Assembly (NCBI GenBank): GCA_964035545.1 | Contig: OZ037765.1 | Location: 29,139,504-29,203,503, forward strand | Direction of reading: 5' to 3' | Length of the DNA stretch: 64,000 bases | Origin: Bugula neritina | Lineage: Eukaryota; Animalia; Bryozoa | Shown here: in pieces, positions 13,129 to 28,004 of the stretch | How positions within the stretch are numbered: the first letter of the stretch is position 1 | Layout: every line of letters begins with the position of its first letter | Translations under genes and position numbers: made by a program | The notes under the pieces: model-generated | What the model was told of the DNA's origin: nothing | Database searches by the model: none | Seen by the model: the letters and a program-made list of their open reading frames with translations, nothing else

Positions 13129-15816
13129 ATGGAGGAGCTGGAGAAATCATTTGACTTTGGCAAGAGAAGCTCATTTGATGCCACAAAAAGCTTATCAAGA
13201 ATCAGGAGCAGCCGTTATCAACGCCGAAAGCACCCAAACCGGTATTCGTCATGGAACAAACCAGCTCCTGACCTCACCATGCAACTCTACCATCCACAGC
13301 CACTTCCAAGGAATAGCAGGGAAGCTATTCAACCCTGGAGATATAAAGCATCCTTCGATACAGCTGAAGTATGTCTTATTGGTCAATGCACTGAATGAAA
13401 CTTTTTTAAAGCTAACGGCAGCTGTAAATTTTGAATATCAAATTTTTCAATTTTGTAGTATATAATATCCGCAACTGCTGCTAACAGTTTCTTGTTTGTT
13501 TTATGAATGAATGTATTATAGATGTATAAAGTTAGTAAAATGCAAAAACAACTACATGAAGTACAATGAATTGTGACATATAACTCTTGTGTGTACGAAA
13601 TATATTTTATGTTGGCTTTTATGGTAATGCAGGTTTGAGAGATGAAGTTCTATATGTAGTAGACTCAGACCCATATAGATAAGGTTATGTAGCAGTGATG
13701 TATTACTACATATGTGGTGTAGATATGTGTATGAAGTATGTTTCAAAGTTTATAAAAAGTAGTAAAAGAATATAGTTTATTTACATCATGCGTGAACTTT
13801 CATAATACCATAGCAAGATTTTAACGATAACATTATAATGAAGTCCACTAAATGTTTGCAGGTGTCCAGCCATATCGGCATAGAGTTTTATGTTAAGGTT
13901 GGTTTTAAGCTCTCCAATAATGATTATAATGTGTATTGATATTGCATGCTGCAGTCAGAAGAAAGGCCCAAAACTGAGACTAAACTATTACCTCAGAGTA
14001 TTCAGAGAGTATTGTTTGGTAAAGAGGAAAAAGAACCTGAAATAGTTGTCACTCCGAGAGTCCTTCGACCTTATGAGGCTAAGATACTCTTTGTTAAAGA
14101 AGGAATGCTGCCTCAGGGCACTTACAGCAACCCCAAACCTCATGACCACAGAGCTGTATGTGTAATATTGTGTTCTTAGAAACATGAGATAAGAAGATAA
14201 TATTCATTTAGATCAAGAGTTGTTCAACCTTGACATCTCTTATAATTATTGGTCAGTGCAAAATGCCTGTAATTAAACTCCTATATCCAATCAAATTGAA
14301 TATATATTGAATAAAATCAATAATAATTTTATAACATATAATAATAAAATCTGTAGTGCCTGCTAGATTCATATCTTACGTGACAAGTTTACAGCTCGTA
14401 AAATGTTGCAAGAGTTTAAAATTGTATAATAAAGTTAAGACAAACAGTTTGCAAAACTGAGTTAGTATGCGTTGCTTCAGCTGACATCAAAAGGTTTTAG
14501 ACATCTGTAGCCCATAACTGCACTGATGACGTAATGTGTAATGTCCGTAGGGCAATTATTGAGACTATATGGTATTCTCAAGGGATGATGTGATGCAAAT
14601 AATTATTGTTCTACTGGAATCATACTGATCAATTAATGAGAACAACAGTTAAAAATTTACTTTTTAGCAATTCAACATACTTACACTTATATGGAAAGTA
14701 TAAAACAAAATTGTTTCTTTTTCAAAATTAGAACGATTTCCTCAACATTTGTGTGTGATTGGCTCATGTCATACAGGAAATGAACTTTTGTGTCGTGCCT
14801 GTCTTTGTAGTATCCATCGTTGAAGTCACTGGGACTACCAGAATTTCAAGTGAATTATGAAAAGGATCCTTACAATCTCAAATTTAAATCAAATAATTTA
14901 GATCAAGGTATTTACTTTATTCTGGAGTATACTGTCTATGGAACATGCAGTCTTGTGATGTAGTAGAGGAGTAGTGCTACCTCCGTAGCTCGTGGGTCCC
15001 TTTCCCACGAAAGACCATAGATCACAAAAAAGCTTGAACTTCGGTATCGTGGCTTTTGAAATTTTCTATAGGGACAAAATGGCAGAATTTAACCAGGGTT
15101 AAATCTGGTATTATGCAATGTCCCAAATTGAGGTTTTGAAACCTGCAGCTTAGTGAGATACGGAAGGAGCACTGCACTTGCTGTTAGCAGGATTTCCTTT
15201 AGTATTCATATTGCTTAAAAAAATCTTAAGCTATATTCATGAGATTGATCAGCTATACAAGCTAATAGTCTGGGAATACATCCACACGTATATATTTTAT
15301 TTCAGCAAGTTTGGGAGCCAAAGTGCATCCAGACTATTTATAGCTTGTAGTATTTTTATTACAAAAGTGAGCAAGTGGAATACATTAACACTAACATTTG
15401 TTGCTATATATCACCACTGATGTTTGTTTCTAGCTTGGGAATGACGCTATCAGTATAAAATCATACTGCTACATTTTCTTCATTACAAATTGAATGCATG
15501 AGTTAAGCAGCCTTGCTTGCAATGTTTATACCGTATTACAGTGTTTGGACTACCAGTAAGTGTTCGAGATATAGCCCCTGGCAAACAACTAGGAGACTCT
15601 GTCTTAAGACAACCACCCAAATGGGAGAAGAAACTGCACCTTCCACATCCCTCATATCCTACTAGAATAATGAACACTACTAGACATCGGCCTTTGTACC
15701 GCTCCCCCCACAGTGCATTTATGGAAAGAGTAGAAACTAAGCTAACTAAAGTTTGGGGAGAAGAAAGAGCTAATGTCAATACAGCTCCAGTTGTAACTGT
15801 GCATAGGACTTCATAA
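13129..15816 (+). CDS. Uncharacterised ~270-aa protein, 4 coding exons; tentatively C7orf78-like (from memory, unverified)
   Basis: Exons 13129-13368, 13955-14155, 14811-14907 and 15542-15816 total 813 nt and splice in frame at GT-AG sites. Motifs: ILFVKEG..YSNPKPHDHR, LPEFQVNYEKDPYNLKF, RSPHSAFMERVE. Confidence 0.7.
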
Positions 15817-16996
15817 ATGCTTTCTTGCTAAATATTTTCCTTTAGTCTACTACTGATGATCCATGACATTTTCGTGCCTGCAAGTAATTCCTTACATCAC
15901 CCTTAAACTAGATATTGCGTGGGAGATAATGTTTATTGATAACCCCTTGATATTTCAAGTGTTAATATTTGGCATTTTTAGTTTGAATAAATTGAGGCCG
16001 ATAAGGTTTGTACCCTTACAGCACCATTTTGTTTAGTACTGTTAAGCGAGCCCTTATCTACTAGTAGTATAATGTATGTAGTGTTGTGGATATGAGCTCC
16101 ACTCTACACCACGGAACAAGTTGGTGCTGTAAGATTTCAAGCCCTCTCGCTGGCATGCTATTTTTTCTCATAAGACTTGTAGGTAAATTAAATAATTCAC
16201 TTATACCATTGTCAATGTTATAAGTCTCAACGTTATTTTCAGTTCCAGTAGTCAAATACTCAGAATCACAATGTATTTTTTTAAGATGTCAAATCTCCAT
16301 CATATATAATTTTGTACAAAACATATTATTTTGTTAAAATAATTTTCCAAAGCCATTTATAAATGTAAATCAATGTGAATGTGACTTTTATTTTGTATCT
16401 AAACATTTGCGAAAACAATACAAAAGAGGTGTATCAAATGATGCATAAACTTTTTATTATTATTGTAAGCTTTATATTTCCCGAGTTAAGTAGAAGTATT
16501 TGAATAGGAGACTGATTTACCCACTGGAATAAATAGATGTGATACAAATTGTAGGCATAACAAGCATATTGCATATAAACAAATTGGGTTTAATACGAGC
16601 ATAATACTATCACTGGTAAAAATATCAATGATTAATTAAAAAACTCACCAACACTTGGGCATTAATTTAACTTTTTATAAATAGGTATTAACTCTGTCAT
16701 CACATTAAAGATTGTCTAAATTAGTGCAACACAGTTAGCAGAATGGAACATAAGGTTAAGCAGAGTATATAGCAACGCCGCCATGAATAAACTGCAAAGC
16801 TTTTAGAATACAAAATAAAAATAATAACATAAATAGAGAATGCAATATCATCCTAATCACAGAATGGAAGAACTCTAATAGCCAATTGAAGCACAGGCCG
16901 TCAGCAAGCAGAATAAGTAAAAACACTGCTCATCACATAACAAACTGAATCTGGAATGTAAACTATAATCTCAAAGTAAAGTGTGAGTATATAATA

Positions 16997-19900
16997 CTAT
17001 TTCTTCCTCAGTGATTCTGAAGGAGACTTCTTAGTTTTAAGAAAAGTTAAACTTTTCATTTTATTTCTCCAGGTGCCCGTCATAGTGTCACCTAACTGGT
17101 GCATGTCATTGCTGCTGCTGCTGCTGTTCATAGATCGAACTGTACCGCTAGTAGTTATGTCTATAGTAGGTTTAGAAGTGGGTGCCATCGGAGTGACGAG
17201 TGTTAGCTCAACACTGCTTCCTTCACTCATTATTAAAGCCTTTATATCCTTTAATTTCTTACATTTGACGTTCACTCCATCAACGGCCACTAGAATGTCA
17301 TCCACCTTCATCCCTTGACCCTGTTACAACACAAAATTTCATTTATATATACCCTAGAAGAGAAAACAAATCCAACTTTTCTACAAAAAATGATATCTAC
17401 TGGACTAAGTTGCATTGCAGATATACATACAGCGCTGTGAAAGTGCAACATGCAGTATGGATGCAAAGACTACAAAAATAATGAGTATTTGTTAGTAGGT
17501 AAGAAACTTAGAAATAAAGAAATTTAGCTGTAAACAGGGCTGATGCTAACCACCTTTGAAAGTTGACAAACAAACTACTACTTGGCAAGAAATATTATTA
17601 GATGACATCCTGGTTAATCTTTGTGACCTGCAACAGCCTGAATCTATCCAGCAAGAAAATGCATGTTTGTACATATTATTTCTTAGTGCGCAGAAAAGTG
17701 TGTAGCTACGTGAAATTATGAGGGTGAACTAGCAGCGCTACTATATCTACCACCACAGAAGCTTAGTAATATATACCGTGGAGTCTAGGATGGCATTTGT
17801 CTGTCACAGAAAATAACAACATATAAAACCTTTAAAACATCTAGTAGAAAACATTTCTATGTAGCTGATAAGATTGTGACAATAACAACCATTGCAAATT
17901 ATAGCTTTTTATCAGTTCATTTTAGTTAATTTTTACACATCAGCAAATTATGACCAAAAATTGAAGTTAGCTCAAAATTTATGAAACTTTACTATATAAA
18001 GTAGTTTTATGTGTCGATTCTAACTATGCATAGCAAACAAAGGCTGAGAGGGGGTCCTGCAACGTCATTGTCATATGAGTGAAGTATATCTATATGGACC
18101 GTGATGAAAAAACCATCATGTTCTATATATACAAATTTACTAAAACATCAAGCAAACCATAGAAAATCAAGCAAAATTAAAAAAAAAACCTTGACTATTA
18201 CTCGTAAACTAGAGATAGCGAGTGTGTACTAAATTAGCGAGTGTGTACTAAATTAAGTAAAATCATCCATTAACTATCACAAGTCTAAATGTAGGCTAGA
18301 ATGGTGAGCATATAACCAGAAATTTGACAGGATGTAGTAGCTGTGCAGAAGCGAGTGCAATACCTGGGCAGAGCTATGTTCTTCAACCTCAATCACCACA
18401 CTTGGTACGTCACCTTTAATCGTGAACCCAAACCCATTCTTCTCATCTTTAGTGAGCTTCACAGTGCGAGGAGATGTCCATTCATGTTGAGCAGAGAACA
18501 CCGATATTGGGCCCTAAAACCAAGACAGATTTTGCTTTATGATCAACACATATCTATATATTTCATTAGAAGTAAATAAATGAAAAATACTTTTTGTTTA
18601 TCTAATTAAATAAGTTAACCTTATATTTCAGACACCACTGCATTCATCTCCACCTCTGAAGATGGATATAGTAATATTTGAAAAATCAGGTTACTAGCCC
18701 TGTAAGCCTATATTTAACCTACATGTTTACATTTATATTAATACTGCATTTAGACTAATGTGGTGCTCTACGGGTTTAATGCAAAATATTTTTATTTATA
18801 TGTAGTGATGATTGCAGTTATAGATAATGATTAAACGTAGATATGTTGTAGAAGTTGTATTCTCCTGTCTTCTAATGTAGCATCAACAACTCCAAATATT
18901 TACCACATCAGAAATCATTCCTCTATGCAGACGGCAACTGTCTAGACAATTATGCTTACCAAATCAGCAAAGAAGTCTTCAACTTTAAACTTTGAGAAGT
19001 CCGAAACCGTTATTTGAACAAGCTGCGTCGATTTGGGTACTATTGGCGTCGCTGACACAAAGATGTCTTCGAAATCTCGTTCATCGCTGACTTTATCCAG
19101 CAGCATCTGTGCACTGTTATAAAGCAATAATAGTTAGTGGATTGAATTTAGACAAAACTGTGAACTAACTGAGGGAACTGGATTATACCACAATATTGTT
19201 GAGATAAAAAATAAATCAATGACTATGAGACGAGGGATAATCTAACACAACTGCATGCAACATTTTCAAATATAACACTTGCAATGGCAAGAAGGTTCAC
19301 AATTTTCATTTTTTTGTATATTCTCCAACAAAATATTTCACAAATTATAAATTTTCATATTGTACGTTGAAGACAACAAAGGTCCACACAGTAACTTACT
19401 TTTCCTGAGCTGTATGTAGCACGTTGAGAAAAACGTCATCATTTGACCTGAGCATACGACAGAAGCTGTAGTCTTTCTCTGCCGTTTCGTTGAGAGAGAT
19501 GACATGATTGAGGTGTGACCTGCAGTACAAACGCTGTCTGGCCTTGTCTTCTGTGTATTGTATGTGCTTGCTGGACTTGGCATCTCTCTTGGTCACCTTC
19601 TCTAACATCTCAACAATCTCATTGAATGAAGGCAGCAACTCTGCATATAACACAAGTATTCGATGAACAAAGCTTATAAAAACAGTCCATCCAACAGCTC
19701 AAATAGTAATTCTATTGATATATAAAACAATAATTATCACACTGAGAAAGTTTCACAACATATAATTATATGGAACTTCAGTAGTGTATCAAAATAAAAT
19801 TACCGGCATTTATTCTAAGCTTGAATAAAGCAAATACAATTTCAATTCAGTATAAAACATGCATAGTCCAAGTGTGTTTCATTGATATACACAGCATCAC

Positions 19901-22900
19901 ATCTAGACATACAAACACTTGAGTTTATAAGTGATTGGTAAAATAATATGAGAAACACAGGCTAGTATCAACACATAATTTACTACTTTTTGCTTTGATC
20001 CACTAAATACATGATTGAACAAAAGAAGACAATAACTAAATTACAGAATTCAAATTTCAAGAGTAATGGCCAGTTCAGACTGTTGCTGAAATAAATTTAG
20101 AAAAAAGATATAATTTAAAAAGTACTAGAAAGTTGTTCAATAGCTGCAGTGTGAATAGGGCATAAGGCTCACCTTTACTAGTTAGAAGAGCTGAGGCCAA
20201 GTAGTAGTGCGCCATAGCGAGATAGTGATTGCACTTCATGATAGTTATAGTGAGCCAAGATGCGGGGACGTCATTCCGGACAGACTTACTGGAGACTGCG
20301 TTGTGCGTCTCCTCGTACATGCTGGCAACCATAGCAGCTTCTTGCGAGAATACAACACAATCCGAAAACTTTGTTGACGGTCCCAAGTTTAGAATCATTC
20401 TCTCATAGACGCATTCCTGGGCTTGTGACTGCAGATACACAATCATATGCACAGATAACATCTTACTGATAACAAAGGCAGCCACCATCCACTCATTGAA
20501 TTGACGGAAGTAGGCGCAGCTAAATAGGTGCACGATTGTGAAATCATCTTTTTGTCATGTGCATTAGAACCACAAAGCAAAATATTTTAGTTGTATATAC
20601 ATGATGTAATAGCCTTTTATTACTTATAAAATACATTTTAGGGCTAGTTAAATTACCTATAATATAGAAATTTGTATACTCCTAGGAAGTATTCTTGGGT
20701 CTCGAAAACAAGTTGAATTATTCAACTAGATCACTAGACAACTATTATATTATCTAATGGCTAATCATTTTAGGTTGTCACAAATCCATAGCCACATTTT
20801 TCTGAAGTGAGTCAATTAAAAGGCTAAAAGTGCAATTATTACTAAAAGCAAGATAATAGCTAAAGTTAAACTTTGATGTTTAAATTTCTGTGATTTAGAT
20901 TTAATTTATTTTTAGAAAATAATTACAAAACATGAATTTGCACGAGGTTTTATTCAAATAGCCTAACTCTAATTGACATCAAAGGCAAGTTAGACCTGTG
21001 ACGTGTGTTAACCCTAATGTAACAAATGATCCTAGGCTATAACTGAATACTAGGGCAATGCTTGTATTTTGTAATGCAAATATTAGGATGAAATACAGAT
21101 CAAACACAGAAAACGCATTGTATAAAACTGATAACAGATACAAAAAATATAAATGTATATTTAGCCATTTATAGTAAAAACAGGAAAACATATCTTATGC
21201 ACATGTTGACAAATAGGAAGATTATCTATGTTTGATTGATTGAAAGCATACAATTTTATTGGAGATGTGATTATTTTACATGTATGCATGTCTATTATAT
21301 CGTAGTATATCGATTACTACACTAGATATATTCATTATTAAAAACTGGAATGGAAAGTAAAATGTTAAGTGAGCAGTATGAACATTGAATAATAAAACAC
21401 AAAACTTCAGCACACCTAATACAGTAGAATGTAGAGTACATACCAACATTAGCTGAATGAGCAGTGTCAATGTGTCTGTACTCATGTCTCTGCTAGGGGC
21501 GTGTGTAAACCTGTCCCGCAGATATTTAAGTACACCCGCAGATCTTTGGTAATAATCAATTGCTTTGTCTAGGCCAGACACTGAGCCTCGATCCTAAATA
21601 TAGTTACAAATATTATTACATATATTATATTCAGTGAGACAGGAGTACACAACTCTCAACATCACGAGGTATACATGATAATATATTAGATATGCGATGT
21701 CAAGACAAATTGGCAGAGTTTCAACATGACTAACAAAGCACACAGTGTAGGTGTGCACAGTAAAACTTCGTCTCACACTGCCATCACTGTTATCTCTGAT
21801 AGATACAAAACTGTACACTTGAGGCTGTTAACTGTTTCTATAGGCAGAAGATAAGGGGTAAATGGACCCCTGCTATGGCGTTGGACAGTAGAGATAAGAT
21901 CAGTTGAATATATTACAAGTCTGTATGGCTGTAATAAGTGGCTATAATAACTGCATGTTATGCAGTAAAACTCTTAGCTCAGCAAACTTGAAGTACTTGT
22001 TTAACAGACAAGTTACTCTTAATCTTGTCATAGCAATGGATAGAAAGAAGGGGGGGGGGTGTCACACTATGAAGTAAGCACAGTGGAGGCCAGGCTATGG
22101 AATGTTTCCATAGAAAAAGCTATAACAGCCATATTATATTAATTTATAAGTATAATGACACAATAGGATCCTTTATACGCACCTGAGCAGTACCCAGCTG
22201 TGAATATAAGGCACCAATGTTGAAGAGCACACTACCTTTCTCATAGCCCAGTGTTTTCTGAGTTATATGCACGCCAGTAAGAGAGTCGTACCTGGAGAAC
22301 ACAGGCTATGCATTATTATACAACACAGCAGTTGCCAGATTATATAATAGTTTATATAAGCAGGTAAAAATAATAAATCTTCCAGTCTTTACAATGACCG
22401 AAAATGTATCATTCCAAAGTATGAAAGCAGATAAATTGGCAAAAGTTAAAGTGACACAGTAGTCTATGACTACCAGCAATGCCAATTTTACGAAATAGAA
22501 TTAAACGTTATCGGATCCAATTCTGCCAATTTACAGCATAACTATTAGATGTTAGCAAACATACTACCAAACAGCTATGAGTCACTTCATATTTCTCTTA
22601 AACTGCACAGCATATTATACATTAAACTGTAGAGTATACAGAGACAGGCACACACATGGGTATTATACACTATCTATTACAAGATGTGCTATTGCAAAGG
22701 CTTCCCTATCAATATTATTATTCTACAATCAAATAGGGAAGGGATTTTGCGAGTTCAGGTTTTGTAGTGCATCATTCATAAAATGAAAGAGCGAAATTTC
22801 TATTAACATAAAGGTTGCTATTCTATCAAACATGTAATTCATATTGAATAAGCTGTTATTATAAAGAGCTGGACTAGCCACTAATAACCATGTCTTACTA

Positions 22901-25900
22901 GCATACCGCTGCATCTATTACTGGTTACAGCATTCCCACAGCATATTAACATTCAAGGCATAATTATAAACACAGTTGTTGATCATCGCAAACATTCCTC
23001 CAAGAAATCACAATATTGTTGTGTCATTTCTACTAGATATTATCTGAGTTGTCTCCACATAGTCACATGACCTGTCTGCCACACTCTACAGTCAATACAC
23101 TGGACAGCTTACCAGGTGAAATACACGGGAACAGATCTGCCTGGGGGGTAGAATCTCTTCTGTATGAGACCCAACTGGTTGTAGTAAGTAATCAATAGCT
23201 CTATGCCAGCTTCACTTCTCTCTGGTGTCCGTATGGCCTACAAGGGAGGTGGTGTATTTATTGTGCTGTCAGAATATAGGTGAGTTACTGCATGAAGTGG
23301 GCATATCTAACATAACTCTGACAAACTGGCTAAAATGATCACCTAGCCATTGCAGTAATTTACTCTAAGAAAAAGATACACTAACACCCAGAGAAAGTGC
23401 TATAAAGGAAAAAAACTTGCATTTTAAACTTTGGTTGTTTAATAATAAATCTTCATTGGTTAAAAGATAATTAAATGTAACTTCAAGGTTTCTTTAACCA
23501 TACGAGTTATTTGAAAAACATGTATGAAAATATATATATTCATATATTTAATATCTGAGTCCCATGGAACATTACTAGAATAGAATCATGATTCCAAGAC
23601 CCTATACTAGTACAGGGTAGTGAGAAAAAGTTACCAAATTAAACAATTTGAGCTTAAATAGTATTCCTTTACAGTTTACATACTATATTTAAGAGGTTAA
23701 ATAAATTTAACAACTTAGAAGTAATAGTTAGGTAGCCAAGCCAGTTTGTACTACAGGATACAGAAATGAGACACTATAAGACACTGACAAGCTAACTTCC
23801 TGGTTAATTGTATAACTAGCTGGTGGAATGAACCAACCAGGTGAGTTTACTAGGTGAGTAAATAGCTAGCTACTGACAGTTGTATTGTATAGATATAGAT
23901 AGAATATATGCACAGAGTAAACATATGAATCACCACCAAGTCAAATCCAGGAAATAAAATTCACCTATTAAAATATTTATAATGGCAGATTTGTATAGAA
24001 TTTTTAAACAAATATTGTAAAATGAAAAGTAAAAGGCAAGTATAATGAACCATAATATTTACAATATGTAGAGTTCTCCCATAGGGAATTATAGCCATAT
24101 GTTCATTAGATACTGAGCGCAGAGGTGTAAATCCATGCATAATTATGTAACTGTATGTATAATCATTACTATACAATATATTGCAGTCACTTATGTACAT
24201 AATATTAATATCCATACATTAACTATGTACACAGAAGGACTCAGTGCACTGAATTTGCACACACTGTGTGATCATACAGAATGATAAGATACTGTGAGGT
24301 AGTCATGTACCAACCTTTCTCAGGGCATGCAGTTTGTCAATATGCTGTGAATAGAGACTTCCAGACTCAGAGTAGTGTTCTTCTATGTAGTCCTACATAT
24401 ACAATGAAACATAACACAATACACTACAAACTTGACACATCCTCAGAACCAATTGCACACATGGCATGCATATAAAATTCAGAAATGAATTTGCTTTATA
24501 AATGTTATAAATTTTAAAACATACTTTTAGCAGCTTTAACCCAAACAATCAATGAGCCATCACTAGAGATGTCAAACATTTCATGATGGCTCATTGAGCA
24601 AATATTTTAAATACAAATTTTCAAAAAATAACTTTCGGTCATTGAGATGAAAAATATTATTCTGAAGATGTATATTACATGCAATATGATGCTGACTTAA
24701 GCGATCAATAGTGCTGACCTAACAGATACTCAAAACACCTGCATAAAAGTTGAGTGTACTCTGAGGTGAAGCAATTAAAACAGCTGTTCAACTCAACTTA
24801 CCATGAATACTGTTTGAAAGTTGGTGTCGTTGGTTTCCTTTAATCCAAGAGTTATCATTGGTACACTCTGACTGCTGCTGCAAGGTAAGACATCAGTAAA
24901 TTAGATGCTCAAAATATCCCACAGGATTTGCAATAAAGAGCAAAATAGGCGTAGGGCCACACAAAGTAGAGTTCTGCACAAGTGAAAAGTTGGTCTACTT
25001 TGTGCGAATTTCATGCAGTCAAAATGCTGAACGAACATTGCGGAAAGTTTCTTGGGCAGTCATTTAACTGGCTGTTTGATAATTAGCGAGCCCTCTGTTC
25101 ATGTTTCAATTTTACATTGCTATTCCAAGCAATTTTGCAGTATTGAGAATAGCGAGTGAGATTTAAAAATGAAATAATTTATATTGGGGCAGTAAAACTT
25201 GAATTTCGCTTCGGCTGACAATGGATGTAGCTTTCGAAGCAAATTTTCACGTATGTAGAATTCCGCTTAATGCGACCTTCCTATGCTAAATTGATTTTAT
25301 ATCATTTATGCCTCAACGGTTTGATGAATTGTTTTCTATTCGAAAAATTAAATAAAATACCAGTAAAACAAGCGATATATGAGCTACGAAAAGAGCAACC
25401 ATGTAAGATCAAAGGAAATGATGGGGTGAGTGAACATGTATAATAACACAGGCAAATATGCAGCTTTATTGCATAAACCACTATTATACTGAAATATAAT
25501 ATAAACATGATACAATAATAAACATGATGAACAGAGTAATAGATATTTGATATAATAATACATACTGCACAATGATATAATATCAAATATCTATTACAAT
25601 GATCAGCTTTCTCAAGAGAGTTCTTAACCTTGAGAGATAGATATTATGTTGATGGAATGATAAACCAGATGAGTGATTTGACATACACACATCCTATAGC
25701 AACTGACTTAGATGTTAGACAACAAAGACAGCTATTGTGTCATAACACATTTTTATCTAATATTCTAATATAAAACAAATGTTTGGCACTTCTTCAGTTG
25801 CCTGCGAAGCACCTGACTTTCCTGTCAACATATTCAGACAAGCTTTGCTATGTTGAAAACACTACTTCCAACTTTTCAGGGAAAATAAATACGAAAGCAA

Positions 25901-28004
25901 AATGGTTGCCTAACAAAAGTAAACACAGGTTATTAAAGTATAGAGAACAACCTAATGAGCATTAAATAAGCCAAGAGAATGAAGGACTATGAATATTATA
26001 TTGACAATGGGTTATCATGACACAGAGCAGGAAATTCCTGATTATTGTTGACATTTTATATCAATTTGAAAAGAGTTTTATACAAAGTTATACATCTATG
26101 TATAATTAAGCAATCTCCAGGTAATTGTAATACCTATAAAATTACAGCCAATACATTAGTATAGAAGACAACTAGTGATGACAATTACTATAATAAACCA
26201 GTTTACAAGTTCAAATGTAGTGAATCACAACGAGAAAGAGCGACTAGAGTTCTACATCGCATTCCTACGCCCAAAGAGAATCTGAAAACATGAGCGATAG
26301 TGAAATCTAGTGAGTCAAATTTAGACACATAAGCCGACAACTGATACAAGCTAAGGCCGAGAGAGCTGTAAGCTACACAACTGTGAAGGAGCTGTTAAGA
26401 TAAGGGATACATGTGTGATGTGGGCACAGATAACAATCAACAGCGTATATCAGAGTGAAGGAAAGAGTGGAGATAAACAGGTTTGTATCCTCTACCAGTG
26501 TGTACTATACCAGTTAGTACAGATCATGTGACATAAGTGTAGCACTTGGTAGTACTTAGCCTCACTTACTTTTCATTCTGATAAGTCTTCACAGAGCTGT
26601 TCAACTCCGCCAAGTCACCTTTAAGTACTTCTAGTTTAGACTTGACAAAACCAAGTTCAATTAATACTTTCTCTTTGATTTCCTTGTTACCAGTAGCTCT
26701 AAAATTAGAAAGCTGATTAATTAATTTGATTTCCACTATAAAATCAGAGAAATCTTATACAATACATTTGAAAGTTAAAAATTTAGATTAAATTAAAGAT
26801 ATGCTAGCACATTGTTGATGCGATGATACATCATGAGAGACGATACCCACGCTTGTTGTAGATATACCAGATTATCACCTGAGCAAGTTTTCAGCACCAC
26901 GACGCAATCTCAACTCCTTAATGATGTCATCATTGAGTCGGCTTCGTTTCTGTTGCAGTTTGCTTCTGGCTGTCACATAACTCGGGTTGCAACCCTAAAA
27001 ATCAACCAGCGAACCAATAAATAGGCAGAACTATTTGTCTAACATAGATTCAACAGCTGGAACTGCATTTTCTTACGTTTCAAGTGTGGTTGAGCAGATG
27101 CTAGAACTTATTAATTAGTTACTTTGCATTGTTTTAAATAATGAAAACACTTAGTAGAGATTGTTTCATACTGAGGTTTTATTTTATATTCAAAGAGTTG
27201 CGACTAAAAGATAACTACTTTTAAAAACAAAGATGCACTTCAACATCAATGGAGACCCATTTCAACAGTTGAAAAAAAATGCGAGTACATTAAAAGTGCT
27301 GTTTTCTACAATACATGGTGAGGTTTGATTCATGTCAACTCTATTGAGGAATACATTCACGAGTGATATGAATCATCCATGCTCTCACACTGCTAAGTGT
27401 GAATATCGAGTGTCAATGAACAATAGAGTTCATCTAAAGACGGTAGTGCGGCTGGTATATATGCGTATGTGTGTATATTGATTTTCATGATATTTACTCT
27501 TTTACTCATGGGAAATGATTACAGTCTCCCTAACTAATGGTGACTCATTACAGATAAGATTATCCACCATACAAAAAACTAATTATTAATCAGAAGTTTC
27601 ATTACCACTGTAATCTTTTTTGCAAAAACATAAAATTATGCCATTTACACGAGGTACATAGCTTATTCCCTGAATAAGATGGTGTTTTACATAAACCAGA
27701 CAATCTAAGTAACAGTTCCATAGTGCAAACTCCCAAAGTGAGCGGTGCAAGAATGGAATGGCCATAAACTATGTTAGAGTTTAAATAAAAACATACAAAT
27801 AGTGAACAATATTAAGGCACAGGAAATGATAAAAGGAGTTTACTACCACAAGCAATAAACAATAGCGCTAGAGTTAGGAATTTAGCTAGTAAAAGCTATT
27901 TTTATTTAAAAAATCAAATTATTGAACTAATAACGCATGCTTGCCTTTTTGAATGGATTGTCCCCTTTACTATGCTGTCCATTGTTGTTCACCTTTTCCT
28001 CCAT
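16997..28004 (-). CDS. RHPN: Rhophilin (HR1 + Bro1 + PDZ Rho effector), about 13 coding exons
   Basis: N-terminus/HR1: MEEK..PFKK|[24 protein letters not shown]. Bro1: [60 protein letters not shown]: [23 protein letters not shown]. Confidence 0.92.
24954..25278. mobile_element. Degenerate MITE-like element in a rhophilin intron
   Basis: Left end GGCCACACAAAGTAGAGTTCTGCACAAGTGAAAAGTTG aligns with the reverse complement of the right end, GGTCGCATTAAGCGGAATTCTACATACGTGAAAATTTG; differences are mostly transitions. Confidence 0.5.

Noticed and set aside
18217-18254. 19-bp tandem duplication (also a 20-bp one at ~58771-58810)
   Set aside because: Ordinary local slippage duplications.
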